The position numbers and the translations under genes were made by a program. Under the pieces are notes generated by a model. It ran no database searches and had not been told where the DNA came from. It worked only from the letters and a program-made list of their open reading frames with translations. This document shows, piece by piece, positions 62,268 to 64,000 of a stretch of 64,000 nucleotides of DNA. The stretch's first letter is position 1; each line of letters opens with the position of its first letter. Source of the stretch: Marsupella aquatica (Eukaryota > Plantae > Marchantiophyta); contig OZ316897.1 in the NCBI GenBank assembly GCA_973895155.1, forward strand, positions 5,467,227-5,531,226, given 5' to 3'.

Positions 62268-64000
62268 ATGCACTTTAGCATGCACGATCTGTTACGTCTC
62301 CAGTTTCGCAATTCTGAGCTTGGGGCGAAATTTCACTTCAAGTTGGAAGGGAAATTGGCTGCGGTTTAAGCTCAGACTTTGCCAGAGCATTGGACACAGC
62401 GAGAATGTATCACTGGCAAAGTTAGAGCTGCAACCGACATCGTTTGGTATGCACTTTAGCATGCACGATCTGCTACGTGTCCAGTTTCGGGATTCTGAGC
62501 TTGGGGCGAAATTTCACTTCGAGTTGGAAGGGCAATCGGCTGCGGTTTGAGCTCAGATTTTGGCAGAGTGTTGCAAACAGCGAGAGTGTATCACTGGCAA
62601 AGCTTTGTGATGGCAACGGAGGAGATTGCCCATCTCAAGGCTTTGCTTGAGAAAATCTTAGTTGTGGCTGAAAACTCTGCAATTGAGATTACCACACTCA
62701 GCAAGGAGGTGACGGAGCTAAAGAATGAGAATGTCAAGCAAAAGAGGTTGATTAGTGATCTTCGATCTCAAACTCAGGAGAATGGTAAGCAACTCTCATT
62801 GCTTGCATCATGTTTTGGAGACATGGAGAAGAGTATGTGCCCAGAGAAATCAGTGATACATGAGGCTGTAGGGGAGATTGAGGAGAAGCTCAAAACCTTT
62901 GCACAGGCTGCAAAACAATCACATATGGAATTTGTCCAAGCCAAGGAGGAGGAGAGAAGAGCACTAGAGGAAGAACACAAGAACCAGCATGCAAGAGTCA
63001 GCAACTGCAAAATATCAGGCCTTGTTGAGGAGAAGAAGGAAGACACCAAGAAGGTAGCAATTTCATTCTTCCAATCTCAGATGAAAGTGCATGACCCTAT
63101 CATTTTGCAAGCATATAGGATTGGGCAAAAGAAGGGGGACCTTCCACATCCAATCTTGGTGAAGTTTGCAGCTGAATCCGAGAAAGCTAGAGTGATGGCT
63201 AATAGGAGCATGCTTAAAGGGCTAAGGATTTGGTTGGATGATGATCTGACTCCCACACAAGTCCAAGCAAGGAAAATTGAGCTTGAGAAGGTGAGGGTAG
63301 CCAAAGACCAAGGATTGGTAGCCTACTTGCGCAATGGACAAGCTGTTGTTACCAATAAGAAGAGAGTTGTTTCTAAATGATGGATTGGGACCTTGAGAGT
63401 CATGGCATGGAATGTTTCAGGACTTTCCATAGAAACAGCAATTGGAGGGGAACCTTTGTTTGAGAATTTTGACATCTTGCTTTTCACGGAGACTTGGGAA
63501 TATGAGGGAAATGCTCTACCTAGCATTAAAGGCTTTACTTGCATACAATCCATCTTCAATGAGAAGAAGACCACACGGGGAAGAGGGTTTGGAGGCATTG
63601 CTGTCTACACCAAGAATCAACTTCAACACATCACCTCTATTGAGCATGAAGATCCCAGCAAGCAGTTCATGGTGGTGAGACTTCATACCAGAGGTACTCC
63701 ATCATTTCTGATTGTCACCTACTTTGCTCCCCTTAATATGAATGTCTATAAGATGGGAATTGCTGATGCACATTATCCCTTTCATAGGTTAATCCAAGTC
63801 ATTCATGATATATCACCACTAGGGGAGACATGGATAGTGGGGGACTTTAATGCCAGGGTATCTAATGAACAATTTACTGAAAGTGAGGACTTAGGAACTT
63901 TACCTTGGTCATCATGTAGTGAAGAGATACCTTGGTGAGAGAGGCTCTTGACACCAGAACAAATGACATGACACGTCACTTTTTGCATTTGGGAGCTTCT
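62268..64000 (+). mobile_element. RTE-X-like LINE copy 3 (about 1.8 monomers, spliced 5'UTR, ORF1 62610-63380, ORF2 from 63393 with frameshift ~63935)
   Basis: Near-identical to copy 1 on the opposite strand. Lacks exactly copy-1 bases 18183-18260. Confidence 0.9.

Noticed and set aside
62268-62285. N-terminus MHAKVH of the 958-aa ORF as a real start
   Set aside because: It crosses the junction into the inverted monomer of copy 3, so it is chimeric.

Overview
Eukaryotic, intron-containing and essentially all transposon DNA. It is probably heterochromatin from a land plant (the mix of RTE-X, Sola, Athila/Ogre-type Gypsy and L1 fits a non-seed plant, but the taxon cannot be determined here). 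No ordinary host gene was recognised. The nesting can largely be reconstructed from target-site duplications. The most unusual component is a large Mutator-like (MULE) DNA transposon family present as three diverged, damaged copies (A 1-9257, C ~22557-31804, B 34707-42211). It encodes a GCM/WRKY-type Zn finger + DDE + SWIM transposase. Head-to-head with it in copy A is a 5-exon, ~1200-aa accessory gene fusing a ParB/Srx-like domain (DGNHR) to a beta-class N4C/N6A DNA-methyltransferase-like domain whose catalytic motif reads YLPT instead of (D/S/N)PP(Y/F). The introns and intergenic DNA of these copies carry about 28 copies of a 15-bp palindrome, TAGCGCCNGGCGCTA, which I did not see in the other elements. 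This suggests a transposon-encoded protein plus cognate-site system. Other notable items: a 4.6-kb solo LTR containing a complete 1113-aa ORF; an RTE-X LINE with 181-bp 5'UTR monomers and a spliceosomal intron, present as both unspliced and precisely spliced copies; and a Sola-type transposase with N-terminal Tnp1/En-Spm-like barrels. All alignments and counts were done by eye.
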